Counted from the stretch's first letter, positions 1 through 10,667 are shown. The stretch is DNA of 64,000 nt from Candidatus Zixiibacteriota bacterium (GCA_040235515.1 JBECKX010000195.1:15015-79014), one strand, 5' to 3'. Notes: a model not told the origin generated them from the sequence alone. Program-made: numbers and translations.

Positions 1-6
1 GATTCC

Positions 7-494
7 ATGAGATTAAGACACTATGACCATGATGGTCGTGCCCGATTCATCACTTTCTCAACGCACAAAGACCTTCCAGTCCTTACGAATAGTCTCTTCC
101 GTGAAATCGTAGTAGATGGGATAGTGAGCCACTGTCGCTTGCACAAACTTCGATTGCTCGCCTATGTGGTCATGCCAGAGCACGTTCACCTGGTGAACGT
201 TCCTTCCAGTGGTTTGGAAGTCGGTCCGAATATAGGTGAACTCAAACGGCAATTGCCAGGCGCATCCTCCAGAAGTTGAGACTCCAACGGAATGAGCTCA
301 TCACTGCGCTAACCGTGAATCGCGATGGTATGCAGAGAGTCGTATTGTGGAAGCGACACTGCTACGATCATAACTGTCGATGTGAGAAGTCAGCTTGGAA
401 GAAGGTAGACTTTTGCCATCGCAATCCTGTGGAGCGTGGGTTCAGCAGTCAAAAGATGATTGGTTGGCGAACTATACTATCAGGGATGCAGTAA
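7..494 (+). pseudogene. REP-associated tyrosine transposase (RAYT / IS200-like Y1 transposase), frameshifted; N-terminus possibly cut by window edge
   Basis: ORF 7..279 contains the HUH motif region (..LLAYVVMPEHVHLV..). ORF 276..494 in another frame (+2) continues with the RAYT C-terminal signature (..LWKRHCYDHNCRCEKSAWKKVDFCHRNPVERG..). The single-nt frame change near 270-280 splits one ~160-aa gene. Confidence 0.6.
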
Positions 495-505
495 CGCGCC
501 GTCAC

Positions 506-3160
506 CTACACTAGTGCTTTCTTCCGCGAGAATGATACCGTGAAGTCCTCCAGCGCCGATGCGAACTCTTTCGCAGTGCGGTAGCGCTCCATCGGATCCT
601 TTGCCAACGCCTTCCTGAGGATCAGGTCAAAGAGCGGCGGAATCTTCGGGTCAACCGTCGATGGCGTCAGTGGCTCTTCATTGAGTATCTTGTAGACCAA
701 CGCGGAAATATTCTCGCCGCGGAATGGACGTTGATGCGTCAGCAACTCATACAACACGACACCGAGCGAGAAGATATCGGAACTGGGGGTAACCTCTTTA
801 CCCTGCAGCTGCTCCGGTGAGATGTAGTTGGGCGTACCCATCGCGACACCGGTCTGGGTCATCGAGGATGACTCGAAGTGGGCGATACCGAAATCCATCA
901 CCTTGACGCGGAACCCATCCATCACCATGATGTTGGCGGGCTTGATGTCACGGTGGATAATCCCCATCGAGTGCGCGTACTCGAGCGCCGAGCAAACCTG
1001 CATCACGATTGATGCGAGGATTCGATAATTCAGTTGCAGATTTCTGCGCAGCACGGCTTCCAGCGTGTAACCCTCAATGAATTCCATCGCAATGTATTGC
1101 AGGTTGCCGCTGAGACCGTAATCGTAAATCGTGACGATGTTGGGGTGCGAAAGGTTTCCGGCAGCCTTCGCTTCGCGCGCGAGCCGTTCCTTCAATTCGG
1201 TGATCTCGGTCGGATCCGCAATCGAGTCGAGGCGGATCGTCTTGAGCGCCACCAGGCGATCGATTGCCGGATCGTTGCCCTTGTACACCGTTCCCATCGC
1301 TCCTTTGCCGAGCGGTTCGATAATCTGGTAGCGTCCGAAGGAGATCGGTTGTCCCTCATTGGTGAACTTGACGCCGTAGATTTTCTTTTCTTCTTCGGTC
1401 AGTATCAATTCCTCATCGACACTACCCGGTTTCGGAGTGGCATCAAACTGCGGTTCAGCCGTGATCTTCCGCTGCTTGCGCGGTGATTCCTTCATCTCGC
1501 CCGAATCAGCATCGGGTGGCTGGATCCCGCTCATATCGACATCGAGCAGGTCGGGGATGAAAGTCGATGTCTCATTCTGTTCGCTCTCTGCTACATCCTG
1601 GCGAACGCCCTGCATCTGCGTCGAATCAGCCTGCTGCTGCTGAGCGATCTTCTTGCTCGTGTCATGTTTAGCGTATTCGCTTGCCGGAATCAGGTCGCCA
1701 CCCTGTTGCAGCGCCTCGAAATCGAGCCTGATTGTCTCGGCGAAGACTTCGGGTGATGGCTTGTCATCTTCCAGCACGCGCATCGGGATGTCGCTGAAGT
1801 CAAGCTCTTCGCCATCATCGCGACTGGTGGCTATCGGTTCGCCATCGAGTAATTTTTCAAGGTCGAGCGATGAGGCCAGCGAACCCGAGCCGGAGGTTTT
1901 CTCCACGCCGCGAAGCGCCAGGGAGGCTCCGAAACAGAGCACAACCGTCACGAGTGGATAGAATACGTTGAGCAGAATATTGGTTGAACTGAACAACACG
2001 TAGTTGATGTTGGCCAGGATGAATCCCACGATGAAGAGAGCGATCAGCCGGTACATCTTGCCCATGCGTGGCAGCACCAGGCCGCCGAAGATTCCGATCG
2101 CAATCACGAGCAGCAAATCAGCGGGTATGGGCAAGCCGAGCCGACGTGGTGCGGTATCGTTGATCAATGTCTGGGCCGTAGCTGCGGCATAGCGATAACT
2201 TGGAATGTCGCCTCCCACGGCAGTCGGCACGAACTGGAACGACCCCTGGGTGGTTGAGGCCACGACGATTGCGCGCCCCTGCAGTCCCGCCGGGTCTGCA
2301 TCGCCGGTGAGAATATCGATTGCCGAGTAGGTAGCATAAACGCTTCCTTCCTTCGGCACCTCCACCAGCATCCGGCCGTTGTTGTCTACCGGCAGAATCC
2401 GTCCGCCGCAGATGACCTGACCGTCGCTGTTGTATTGAATCTGATCCGGCCCGTAGCCGAGATAGGAATTTGCCATCTGGACCGCTGCCGAGACAAACAC
2501 CTTGCCCTCAAAGTCAACCAGGAGGTTGGCCGAGCGGACCTTTTCGTCAGCGTCTGGTTCGAAGTAGCGGAAGCCAACGGCGTTCACCCGCTTGGCGAGG
2601 ATCTCCGGGGGCATGAACGCGGCCACGACTTTCGGTAAACCGCCGGTGGAGGCGTTCAGTGGCGGCCAGAGGGCGGAGAAATGGAAATAGTCAGGGACTT
2701 CACGCAAGGAGCGTCCTTCCTCCGCAACCACGATATCAAACGGCAGAATGATTTTCCCGCAGAGGCTCATCGTTTCGGCAAGTTGCTCGGTATTGCCGGC
2801 CACGATCTCTTCCGCCTTCTCGAGCAGCGGGAAGTCCAGCATCACTGCCTTCGGCTGGTAGTCACAGATAGTGATCAGCAGGTCACTGATTCTCTCGTGA
2901 TCCCAGGGCCACTGACCTACTTTATCGATACTGCGCTGGTCAATCGCCACGATCGCAATCTTGCTGCGATCGGCAACGACTTCCTTGGATGAACGAATCG
3001 AGTCTTCGATCTTGTATTCGAGGCTCTGCAGCGGCGGGATATCCTGCACGTAGATGATAACCACGAACAGCGTAATCAGCCAGAAAAGCAGACCACTCTT
3101 CAGCCGGCCGGAGAGATTGCTGAGAGAGAAACTCTTGGTTTTGATCGATGGTATTTTCAT
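506..3160 (-). CDS. CHASE2 sensor domain-containing transmembrane Ser/Thr protein kinase
   Basis: The N-terminus has a CHASE2 hallmark (..IAIVAIDQRSIDKVGQWPWDHERISDLL..) after one TM helix, followed by a TM cluster and an acidic/Q-rich linker. The C-terminal Hanks kinase domain shows GxGxxG (LGKGAMGTVYKG), VALK, HRDIKPANIMV and DFGIA. Confidence 0.85.
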   Translation of the reverse strand: MKIPSIKTKSFSLSNLSGRLKSGLLFWLITLFVVIIYVQDIPPLQSLEYKIEDSIRSSKEVVADRSKIAIVAIDQRSIDKVGQWPWDHERISDLLITICDYQPKAVMLDFPLLEKAEEIVAGNTEQLAETMSLCGKIILPFDIVVAEEGRSLREVPDYFHFSALWPPLNASTGGLPKVVAAFMPPEILAKRVNAVGFRYFEPDADEKVRSANLLVDFEGKVFVSAAVQMANSYLGYGPDQIQYNSDGQVICGGRILPVDNNGRMLVEVPKEGSVYATYSAIDILTGDADPAGLQGRAIVVASTTQGSFQFVPTAVGGDIPSYRYAAATAQTLINDTAPRRLGLPIPADLLLVIAIGIFGGLVLPRMGKMYRLIALFIVGFILANINYVLFSSTNILLNVFYPLVTVVLCFGASLALRGVEKTSGSGSLASSLDLEKLLDGEPIATSRDDGEELDFSDIPMRVLEDDKPSPEVFAETIRLDFEALQQGGDLIPASEYAKHDTSKKIAQQQQADSTQMQGVRQDVAESEQNETSTFIPDLLDVDMSGIQPPDADSGEMKESPRKQRKITAEPQFDATPKPGSVDEELILTEEEKKIYGVKFTNEGQPISFGRYQIIEPLGKGAMGTVYKGNDPAIDRLVALKTIRLDSIADPTEITELKERLAREAKAAGNLSHPNIVTIYDYGLSGNLQYIAMEFIEGYTLEAVLRRNLQLNYRILASIVMQVCSALEYAHSMGIIHRDIKPANIMVMDGFRVKVMDFGIAHFESSSMTQTGVAMGTPNYISPEQLQGKEVTPSSDIFSLGVVLYELLTHQRPFRGENISALVYKILNEEPLTPSTVDPKIPPLFDLILRKALAKDPMERYRTAKEFASALEDFTVSFSRKKALV

Positions 3161-3165
3161 GGTTC

Positions 3166-3897
3166 CTACTTCCCTGAAGCCAGCCTGTCGACCAGGAATG
3201 ACGGTAACTCGGCTGCCGCCATCTTCTGCTGCGCAGCTGAAACATCATATTCGACGCGCCGGAATTCGATCGATCGCGCCGCCGAATCGAAGACCACATA
3301 ACATGAGCGGGGGTCGCCGTCGCGCGGCTGTCCGACGGAACCGACATTCACGATATGCCGGCAATCGGGGCGCAGCTCAATCTTGCTCTCGACCTCCACC
3401 GCTTTAACGCTTTTCTGATCGTCGAGGTAGAATAATGACGGTTTATGCGAGTGTCCGAGGAAGCAGATATCCTGATCGAAGTGGTTGAACTGCCATTTGG
3501 CGTCTGATGCCGTTATGCAATAGTTCCACGCCTCCGGTTCATTGGGAGTAGAGTGGACGTAGAGACAGCGCTCCTCCTCGGCGGTGAGTTCAAACGCAGC
3601 CAGCGTCTTCAACGACTTCTCCGAGAGGATAGATGCCGTGTAGTTGATCGCGATCTGTGCAAAGGGGTTGAAATCCTCGATATCAAGCTTTCCAAGTGCG
3701 CTGAAATCGTGATTACCCATCAGTTTGATTTTGCACTTCCGGTCAATCAGTTCGATCACCTCATTCGGATTGGCGCCGTAACCGACCGCGTCACCGAGGA
3801 AATGAATCTGGTCAACTCTCTGCGCTTCGGCATCGGCAAGTACCGCCATAAGGGCCTCAAGGTTTGCGTGGACGTCGGAGATTAGGGCACTCTTCAT
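3166..3897 (-). CDS. Metallophosphoesterase (calcineurin/PPP-like phosphoesterase), candidate phosphoprotein phosphatase
   Basis: Motifs DVHAN (metal site I), GDAVGYG and MGNHD are typical of the calcineurin-like phosphoesterase fold. The gene lies immediately downstream of the kinase on the same strand. Confidence 0.75.
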   Translation of the reverse strand: MKSALISDVHANLEALMAVLADAEAQRVDQIHFLGDAVGYGANPNEVIELIDRKCKIKLMGNHDFSALGKLDIEDFNPFAQIAINYTASILSEKSLKTLAAFELTAEEERCLYVHSTPNEPEAWNYCITASDAKWQFNHFDQDICFLGHSHKPSLFYLDDQKSVKAVEVESKIELRPDCRHIVNVGSVGQPRDGDPRSCYVVFDSAARSIEFRRVEYDVSAAQQKMAAAELPSFLVDRLASGK

Positions 3898-3977
3898 TTA
3901 CTCTTCCATGTTGTGAATCGCTGTCTCCCCCGAACGACGGCGCGGTTGCATTCCTGTCTTTGACTTACGTATCAGGG

Positions 3978-4661
3978 TTATCCCTGGATGAATCGAAACG
4001 CCGAATTGCCGACTTCGATGACATCGCCATTCTTGAGCGTTGCCGAAGTGACGGCTTCGCCGTTGATCTTGGTTTTGTTCTTCCTGCCAACATTCGCGAT
4101 TGTGAAGATGCCGCCGTTATCGTTGATCTTGGCCTGCACTTTCGAAGTGAGCCAGCCGCCCACTCTGATATTGGCGAATGATGATTTTCCGAGCGTCGTT
4201 GTTTCCCGCTCGAGCACGAAGCGCCTGGATTCATCCTGTACCGACACCAGCAGGGAATTGCCGACTTCCTGGGCAAGTTGCTTATCCTGCTCGTCCTGGT
4301 GCACCATCTCTTTCTGCTTCCTGGTGTTGAGCACCATCGTTCCATCCATGTCGGTCATCTTCTTGGTCGGTTGAGCATCGTTGAAGAACACCAGATCGAA
4401 CTTGCCGATCGTGATCGTGTCCTTGTCCTGCAAGTACTGCTCGGCGACCTTGCGCTCGTTCACGAATGTACCATTGAGGCTGTCGTTATCGATCAGCAGT
4501 GCACCCTTCTCGGAGAACTCGATGAGGGCATGCCGACGCGATACGCCTCGGTTGTCGAGAACGATATCGTTCTCTGAGGTGCGGCCGATCGTTATACGTT
4601 CTTTTTCGCTTACGACCCGCTCGATCACCTTGTCTGCAAATCTGACAATAATCTCGGGCAT
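3978..4661 (-). CDS. Tandem FHA domain-containing protein (two FHA domains)
   Basis: N-terminal FHA (ITIGRTSENDIVLDNRGVSRRHALI..NGTFVN) and C-terminal FHA (TTLGKSSFANIRV..KINGEAV..GDVIEVGNSAFRF). The start is chosen at internal MPEIIV, which has GGAGCAACGGTAAAATG RBS spacing; the longer ORF extends to 4763. Confidence 0.75.
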   Translation of the reverse strand: MPEIIVRFADKVIERVVSEKERITIGRTSENDIVLDNRGVSRRHALIEFSEKGALLIDNDSLNGTFVNERKVAEQYLQDKDTITIGKFDLVFFNDAQPTKKMTDMDGTMVLNTRKQKEMVHQDEQDKQLAQEVGNSLLVSVQDESRRFVLERETTTLGKSSFANIRVGGWLTSKVQAKINDNGGIFTIANVGRKNKTKINGEAVTSATLKNGDVIEVGNSAFRFIQG

Positions 4662-4662
4662 T

Positions 4663-5121
4663 TTACCGTTGCTCCTTTCCCGACGCGGGCGTTTCTCCTC
4701 GACTAATGGGAATAGGCCTGGTTTCTGAAGTTTCAGCCACGCTGTTCCGGCCGGTGTGTTCACGCGATTCCCGCAATTCGGGAGATTGCAGCACTAATGT
4801 GCCATCTATATCAGACATACTCATTGCAAGCTTGGAGTCGACATAGAACACCAGGCTGAACTTGCCGACTGTAATCACATCCTCATCCTTGAGAACACAT
4901 TTCTCAACCCGCTGCGAGTTCACGTAGGTGCCGTTGAGGCTCTGCAGATCGCGGAGCACCGGGCCGTCGCCGGAGAAGTCGATGCGGGCATGCTGCCGTG
5001 AAACTCCCTGGTGGTTCAGCACGATATCATTGTCACTCGTTCTTCCGATACTCAGGAATCCCTTTTCAGTTATGACACGCTCAATGATGCGATCATCGGC
5101 CTTCACTACTACTTCCGGCAT
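4663..5121 (-). CDS. FHA domain-containing protein (paralog of upstream FHA protein)
   Basis: FHA motif LSIGRTSDNDIVLNHQGVSRQHARI..NGTYVN. The N-terminal 60 aa are a close paralog of the adjacent FHA protein (MPEVVVKADDRIIERVITEK vs MPEIIVRFADKVIERVVSEK). Start at MPEVVV with AAAGGAGCAACAGGAATG RBS; the longer ORF extends to 5286. Confidence 0.7.
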   Translation of the reverse strand: MPEVVVKADDRIIERVITEKGFLSIGRTSDNDIVLNHQGVSRQHARIDFSGDGPVLRDLQSLNGTYVNSQRVEKCVLKDEDVITVGKFSLVFYVDSKLAMSMSDIDGTLVLQSPELRESREHTGRNSVAETSETRPIPISRGETPASGKEQR

Positions 5122-5322
5122 TCCTGTTGCTCCTTTCCGAGCTTTTACCGAGAAGACTATTGCGAGATGAAATTCGCGGCGAAAGTTGCATCGGTTGCGG
5201 CGGAATGAACCAATATCGCAGCCCTGTGATCGACATTGAGTGAGTCCCGCTTGACCTGCCTGCGCTTTCTTGTTCGGGGCAAACAACTTGCCGCGATCTC
5301 CGTATTCAGTTATATTTTCGTC

Positions 5323-6308
5323 ATGACGCCACTAAACTTGAGAGATAAGCGTATGGTTTTTGCTGCCCCGCTGGCCGGGGTGTCAGATTCCGCGTACCGT
5401 TCCATTGTTAAGGAAATGGGTGCAGATTACGCTTTTCCTGAGATGATCTCATCTGAGGGTCTCGTCCGCGACAATGGCCGGACCCACGATATGATGCAAA
5501 AGTACGAGGGTGAAACCAACGTGGGTTGCCAACTCTTCGGCACCAATCCGGAAAGGCTCGCCGAAAGTGCTCAAGTTGTTGAGGATCAAGGATTTGACTC
5601 GGTCGACCTGAATTGCGGCTGCCCCGTTCATAAGGTGGTTGACAAGAATGGTGGCGCCGCCCTGATGAAGAATCCTAAGTTGCTGGGAGAGATAGTCTCC
5701 ACAGTCTCGAAGCGCATTTCGATTCCGTTTTCGATCAAGATTCGCTCGGGATGGGACAAGAAGAATCTCAATTACCTCGAGATTGGAAAGATCGCCGAAG
5801 ATAACGGCGCAGCTTACATTACGATACACGCGCGTACCCAAACGGAGTTTTTCGCGCCGGAAGCCCACTGGGAACATATTGCCGAGATGAAGCAACATCT
5901 TTCGATTCCGGTTGTTGGCAACGGTAACATCCATTCAGCCGAAGATGCCGTCAGGATGTTTGACGAAACCGGATGCGACGGCGTAATGCTGGCGTCGGGT
6001 ACACTCGGCAACCCATTCATCTTTCGGGAAACGAAGGCCCTGCTGGATACCGGTTTGGCACCAGATCCTCCCTCAACCGAGGAGCGGATCGAAGTCTGTC
6101 TTGATCATATCCGTCGTATCGTTGAAATCTTCGGTGAACATCGTGGGATCCCGCGTTCGCGCAAGCTGATTGGCTGGTATTATCGCCGCATCTCAGGGAA
6201 GAGAAAGATTCCGCAGGAAGTGTTCCAGGTAAACACCTACGCCGAAATTGAGCACTATTTCCGTGAGGGGCTCTTCCGGATCAATGAGAAGCTGCAGGAC
6301 GATGCGGC

Positions 6309-6312
<4 letters not shown>
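5323..6312 (+). CDS. dus: tRNA-dihydrouridine synthase (DusB-like)
   Basis: (M)VFAAPLAGVSDSAYR.., the conserved FMN/TIM-barrel region (LNCGCP..) and a C-terminal helical domain. Start ambiguous: 5236, 5323 (MTPLNL, directly after a TTGCCG-17-TATATT promoter, so possibly leaderless) or 5353. Confidence 0.8.
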
Positions 6313-7094
<782 letters not shown>

Positions 7095-7149
7095 TGGCTG
7101 ACAGACAATGGAAGTAGACCGGTGATAGAGAAGAGATGAAAGACAGGCG

Positions 7150-8328
7150 ATGAGAGTAGGTTATTTTGACTGCTTCTCCGGCGCGGCCGGAGATATGATC
7201 GTGGGAAGCATCATCTCCGCCGGCTGCTCGCCCCAAGCACTGCAGGGCCAGCTTGACAAGCTCAACGTGCCGGGACTCAAGTTGATCGTCGAGGATCGAC
7301 CGAAACATGGTTTGCATGGTCTGGGGGTCAAGTTTGTGGCTGACGGGGAAGAGAAAGCGCACCGTCATCTCAGCCAGATTGAGAAGATTCTGGCGGACTC
7401 CAGCCTGGATGATCTCATTATCGCCAACGCTGTGGCGATTTTCCGTCGCATCGGCGTTGCGGAAGCCAGAATGCACAACATTCCAATCGAGAAAGTCCAC
7501 TTTCATGAAGTTGGCGCGATCGACGCAATAGGGGATATCGTCTGTGCGGTTGCCGGACTGCATGAGCTTGGAATCAAGAAGCTCTACTCTTCTCCGCTGC
7601 TGCTGGGAAGTGGTATAACTTCGGCGGCTCATGGCAAACTGCCGCTGCCGGCGCCTGCGACCCTTGAGATTACCAGGGGCTTTCCGGTCAGACGGGTGGA
7701 CTCCGGACACGAACTGACAACCCCGACCGGTGCCGCGATCATCACCGAGTTAGCCGAGCCGGCTACCGGATTCGATTTCGTGGTTGAACAGGTTGGCTAT
7801 GGCGCCGGAACCGCAGAATTCGACGAACGCCCGAACATGCTCCGGCTAATCATCGGCAATGAGCCGCCGGGAATGCCGACAGATCAGGTAATCATTCTCG
7901 AAACAAACATCGATGACGCCACACCGGAACAGATCGGGCATTTGCAACAACGATTGATGGAGTCTGGAGCGCTCGATGTCTTTGTTACATCGATCATGAT
8001 GAAGAAGAACCGCCCGGCCCACAAACTCACAGTCATCGCATCTCAGCCCACAGCGGAGGAGCTTGCCCGCGTCATCCTGCGGGAATCCTCCACCGCAGGA
8101 GTTCGCTGGAGAAGAGACTCGCGCTGGAAGCTGGAGTATTCCTTCAAGACGGTTGACACAGAGTTTGGAAAGATTAAAATTAAGTTCTACTCAGGCGGCG
8201 ATATTCAAAAGTTTTCGCCCGAGTACGAGGATGTCGCTACTGCAGCTGCGGCGGCGAAGGTCCCATTTGTGAAAGTCTACAATTCAGCCGTCATGGCGGT
8301 CAATAAGCTTAAGGAGTCAGACGAGTGA
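7150..8328 (+). CDS. larC: Nickel insertion protein LarC (DUF111 family)
   Basis: N-terminus MRVGYFDCFSGAAGDM and internal HFHEVGAIDAIGDIVCAV are hallmarks of the LarC/DUF111 family. Length 392 aa. Confidence 0.8.
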   Translation: MRVGYFDCFSGAAGDMIVGSIISAGCSPQALQGQLDKLNVPGLKLIVEDRPKHGLHGLGVKFVADGEEKAHRHLSQIEKILADSSLDDLIIANAVAIFRRIGVAEARMHNIPIEKVHFHEVGAIDAIGDIVCAVAGLHELGIKKLYSSPLLLGSGITSAAHGKLPLPAPATLEITRGFPVRRVDSGHELTTPTGAAIITELAEPATGFDFVVEQVGYGAGTAEFDERPNMLRLIIGNEPPGMPTDQVIILETNIDDATPEQIGHLQQRLMESGALDVFVTSIMMKKNRPAHKLTVIASQPTAEELARVILRESSTAGVRWRRDSRWKLEYSFKTVDTEFGKIKIKFYSGGDIQKFSPEYEDVATAAAAAKVPFVKVYNSAVMAVNKLKESDE

Positions 8329-9308
8329 GCGATATCAAAGTAGTGGTCTTCGGACAGAAGCGTGGCAGCGAACTGCTCGGCGCAACACGCGAAGCATTCA
8401 ATATTGGTCGTCAGCTGGCAGATAAACTGGGTGGACAGCTCGGCGCGCTGGTGATTGGCAGCAACACCGCAGATGCCGGCAAACAGGCGATCGCCGCCGG
8501 AGCCGATGTCTGTTTCACGGTTGAGGATGAATCGCTCGAGCAGTTTAAGGATGATGCCTACGCGACAATTTTCGCCGAGTTGATCAAGAGCAAATCCCCG
8601 CAGGTCGTCCTCGGTGTCGCCAACTTCTATGGTAAAGCCCTCGTTGGTCGCGTCGCCGGCATACTCGGCTACAGCCTGGCTTCTGACTGCATCGGCCTTG
8701 ATATCGTGGACGGCAACCTCGCTGCGACCCGTCCTGCTTATGGTGGCAAGGTCCATCAAACCGTGAAATTCAAATCTGATATTCAAATTGCAACTATCAG
8801 ACCGAAGATTTTCGCCGAGGCAACCCCGGATGATAGCCGTCAGGGTACGGTGGAAGCCTTTTCACCGGCATCACGCGAGAGCAAGCTGCAGGTGGAGACC
8901 GGTAAAGTCGAAACCAGCGGTGAGATTTCCCTGGCTGAGGCCGATATCGTCGTTGCCGGTGGTCGCGGTCTGAAAGAGCCGGAAAACTTCAAGCATATCC
9001 GTGACCTCGCTGACGCCGTTGGTGGCGCGGTCGGGGCATCCCGTGCAGTGGTGGATGCCGGCTGGATTCCCTACAAACATCAGGTTGGTCAGACCGGACG
9101 CACGGTCAACCCAAAGCTGTATTTTGCCATCGGGATTTCGGGCGCGATTCAGCACCTGGTGGGAATGCAGTCATCCGGAACCATCGTTGCGGTGAATCGT
9201 GATGCCGATGCGCCGATTTTCAATGTCGCTACCTACGGGATCGTAGGTGACCTCTTCGAGATAGTCCCGGCGCTCACTGAGAAGTTTCGCAGTGAATTAA
9301 GGAATTAG
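8325..9308 (+). CDS. etfA: Electron transfer flavoprotein alpha subunit (EtfA/FixB-like), no adjacent EtfB
   Basis: C-terminal FAD-binding signature ..IVVAGGRGL.. and ..HQVGQTGRTVNPKLYFAIGISGAIQHLVGM.. 4-nt overlap with larC. Confidence 0.85.
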   Translation: MSDIKVVVFGQKRGSELLGATREAFNIGRQLADKLGGQLGALVIGSNTADAGKQAIAAGADVCFTVEDESLEQFKDDAYATIFAELIKSKSPQVVLGVANFYGKALVGRVAGILGYSLASDCIGLDIVDGNLAATRPAYGGKVHQTVKFKSDIQIATIRPKIFAEATPDDSRQGTVEAFSPASRESKLQVETGKVETSGEISLAEADIVVAGGRGLKEPENFKHIRDLADAVGGAVGASRAVVDAGWIPYKHQVGQTGRTVNPKLYFAIGISGAIQHLVGMQSSGTIVAVNRDADAPIFNVATYGIVGDLFEIVPALTEKFRSELRN

Positions 9309-9331
9309 AGTCTGCTGTCGATGGACTTAGC

Positions 9332-10291
9332 GTGACAGATAGATATGCGGCGGTAGACATTGGCTCCAATTCGTGCCTGCTTCTGATTGTCGAGAAGAAA
9401 TCGGCATCGGAGGCTCACGTTGTCCTCGATACCAAAATCTCTACGCGCGTTTCGGCGAACGTTACCCAGCAGGGCGCGATCGGCAAAGAGAACCAGGAAT
9501 CCCTCTTCGCAGCGTTGAGCGAACTCCAGAACAAGCTTGAAGAACACGCGGTCGACAACGTCTATGCCGTCGGGACCCAGGTCTTTCGTGCGGCTGATAA
9601 CGGCGATAAGGTCGCCGATCAAATCCGCGAACAATTCGGCTGGACGCTGGAAGTGATCTCCGGAGAAGAAGAAGCGCGCCTTTCCTATATGGCGGCTGGT
9701 GGGGGATTGGACCGGGTCGTGTCGAAACGGGTGGTGGCGGATGTCGGTGGTGGCTCGACGGAGATCGTGGTAGGTGAAGGCGCCACCACGAGTTTTCTGC
9801 ACAGCTTTCCAGTCGGCGCCGTCAGCCTGACCGAGCTGTTCGGGCTTGATCAGCCGGTAACCGACTTCGATCTGGCACGCGCGGATGGATATCTCTCGGC
9901 GCTCCTGATGGGGGAAGAACCCGGCTTGCCAGATCTCCATGGCTCGCGCTCGTATGAGTTGATCGTTACGGGGGGGACGATCGCAACCATGGCCGGCGCG
10001 TTCCATCGGCTAACAAGCTTCGACCCGGTCAAGATTCACGGCACACGCCTCTCTGCCGATTGGGTTGAGGCAACAACCGAGGCAATGATGACTGAGAATG
10101 CGGAAGCTCGCCGCAGGCGCATCCCTTTCGATCCTGAGCGTGCCGAGATCATTCTGGCTGGAACTCTGCTCGTGCGCTGGTTGTTAAACTGGAGTACAAA
10201 GAAATCGGTTATCGTTTCAAATCGCGGGCTTCGCTGGGGTATCGTGCAGCAGAAATTCGACGATTTGAAGGACATTGAGATTAAACGTTAA
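9332..10291 (+). CDS. Ppx/GppA family phosphatase (exopolyphosphatase / guanosine pentaphosphate phosphohydrolase), short form
   Basis: N-terminus AAVDIGSNSCLLLIVE and ..ADVGGGSTEIVVGEG.. are actin-like ATPase fold motifs of Ppx/GppA. The two-domain short form is ~319 aa. Confidence 0.75.
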   Translation: MTDRYAAVDIGSNSCLLLIVEKKSASEAHVVLDTKISTRVSANVTQQGAIGKENQESLFAALSELQNKLEEHAVDNVYAVGTQVFRAADNGDKVADQIREQFGWTLEVISGEEEARLSYMAAGGGLDRVVSKRVVADVGGGSTEIVVGEGATTSFLHSFPVGAVSLTELFGLDQPVTDFDLARADGYLSALLMGEEPGLPDLHGSRSYELIVTGGTIATMAGAFHRLTSFDPVKIHGTRLSADWVEATTEAMMTENAEARRRRIPFDPERAEIILAGTLLVRWLLNWSTKKSVIVSNRGLRWGIVQQKFDDLKDIEIKR

Positions 10292-10405
10292 CCCGGTTTA
10301 CTCGTTCTAAAAGCTGAAGACGAGATATCTACTGATATTCCTCGCTGTCACTCGGAAACTCCAAACCCGCTCCACGCAACAAACGCTCGGATAGCTTGGT
10401 GGAGA

Positions 10406-10434
10406 ATTCACTGGAGCATTCACTGGAGCATTCA
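10406..10434. repeat. 2.4 tandem copies of 12-mer ATTCACTGGAGC in the 377-bp ppx/BNR intergenic region
   Basis: attcactggagc attcactggagc attca read directly. Confidence 0.6.
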
Positions 10435-10667
10435 ATATAGCCATAACCGCCAATGAACATGCTGTATCCTGTCTCGGCGACGCTACCGGCGATTGAGAAA
10501 AATCTTGACCTGACGCGATAAATTGGCGAAATACCAGCACCGAGAGAATGCAGATAATTGACTGCAAACAACTTATAAGGAACGCCGGGTTTCGGCACAT
10601 TGCCTGGCGTGGCGCTCCTGCATGGCTAGCGAGCGTGCGGCCATACGCACCTACAGCGAGAAATTGA

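Noticed and set aside
828-2992. Multiple + strand ORFs (828..1028, 1034..1486, 1653..1961, 2681..2992 etc.) inside the kinase gene
   Set aside because: Antisense to a strongly supported 884-aa CHASE2-kinase CDS. Typical high-GC shadow ORFs.
5236-5322. Extended N-terminus of dus starting at 5236 (MSESRLTCLRFLVRGKQLAAISVFSYIFV..)
   Set aside because: It would begin upstream of the identified -35/-10 promoter, overlaps the divergent FHA gene's upstream region, and does not match Dus N-termini.
10590-10625. Possible sigma54 -24/-12 element (TGGCGTGGCGCTCCTGCA) upstream of the BNR gene
   Set aside because: GG..GC spacing is 14 rather than 12, with no upstream activator gene nearby. Not convincing.
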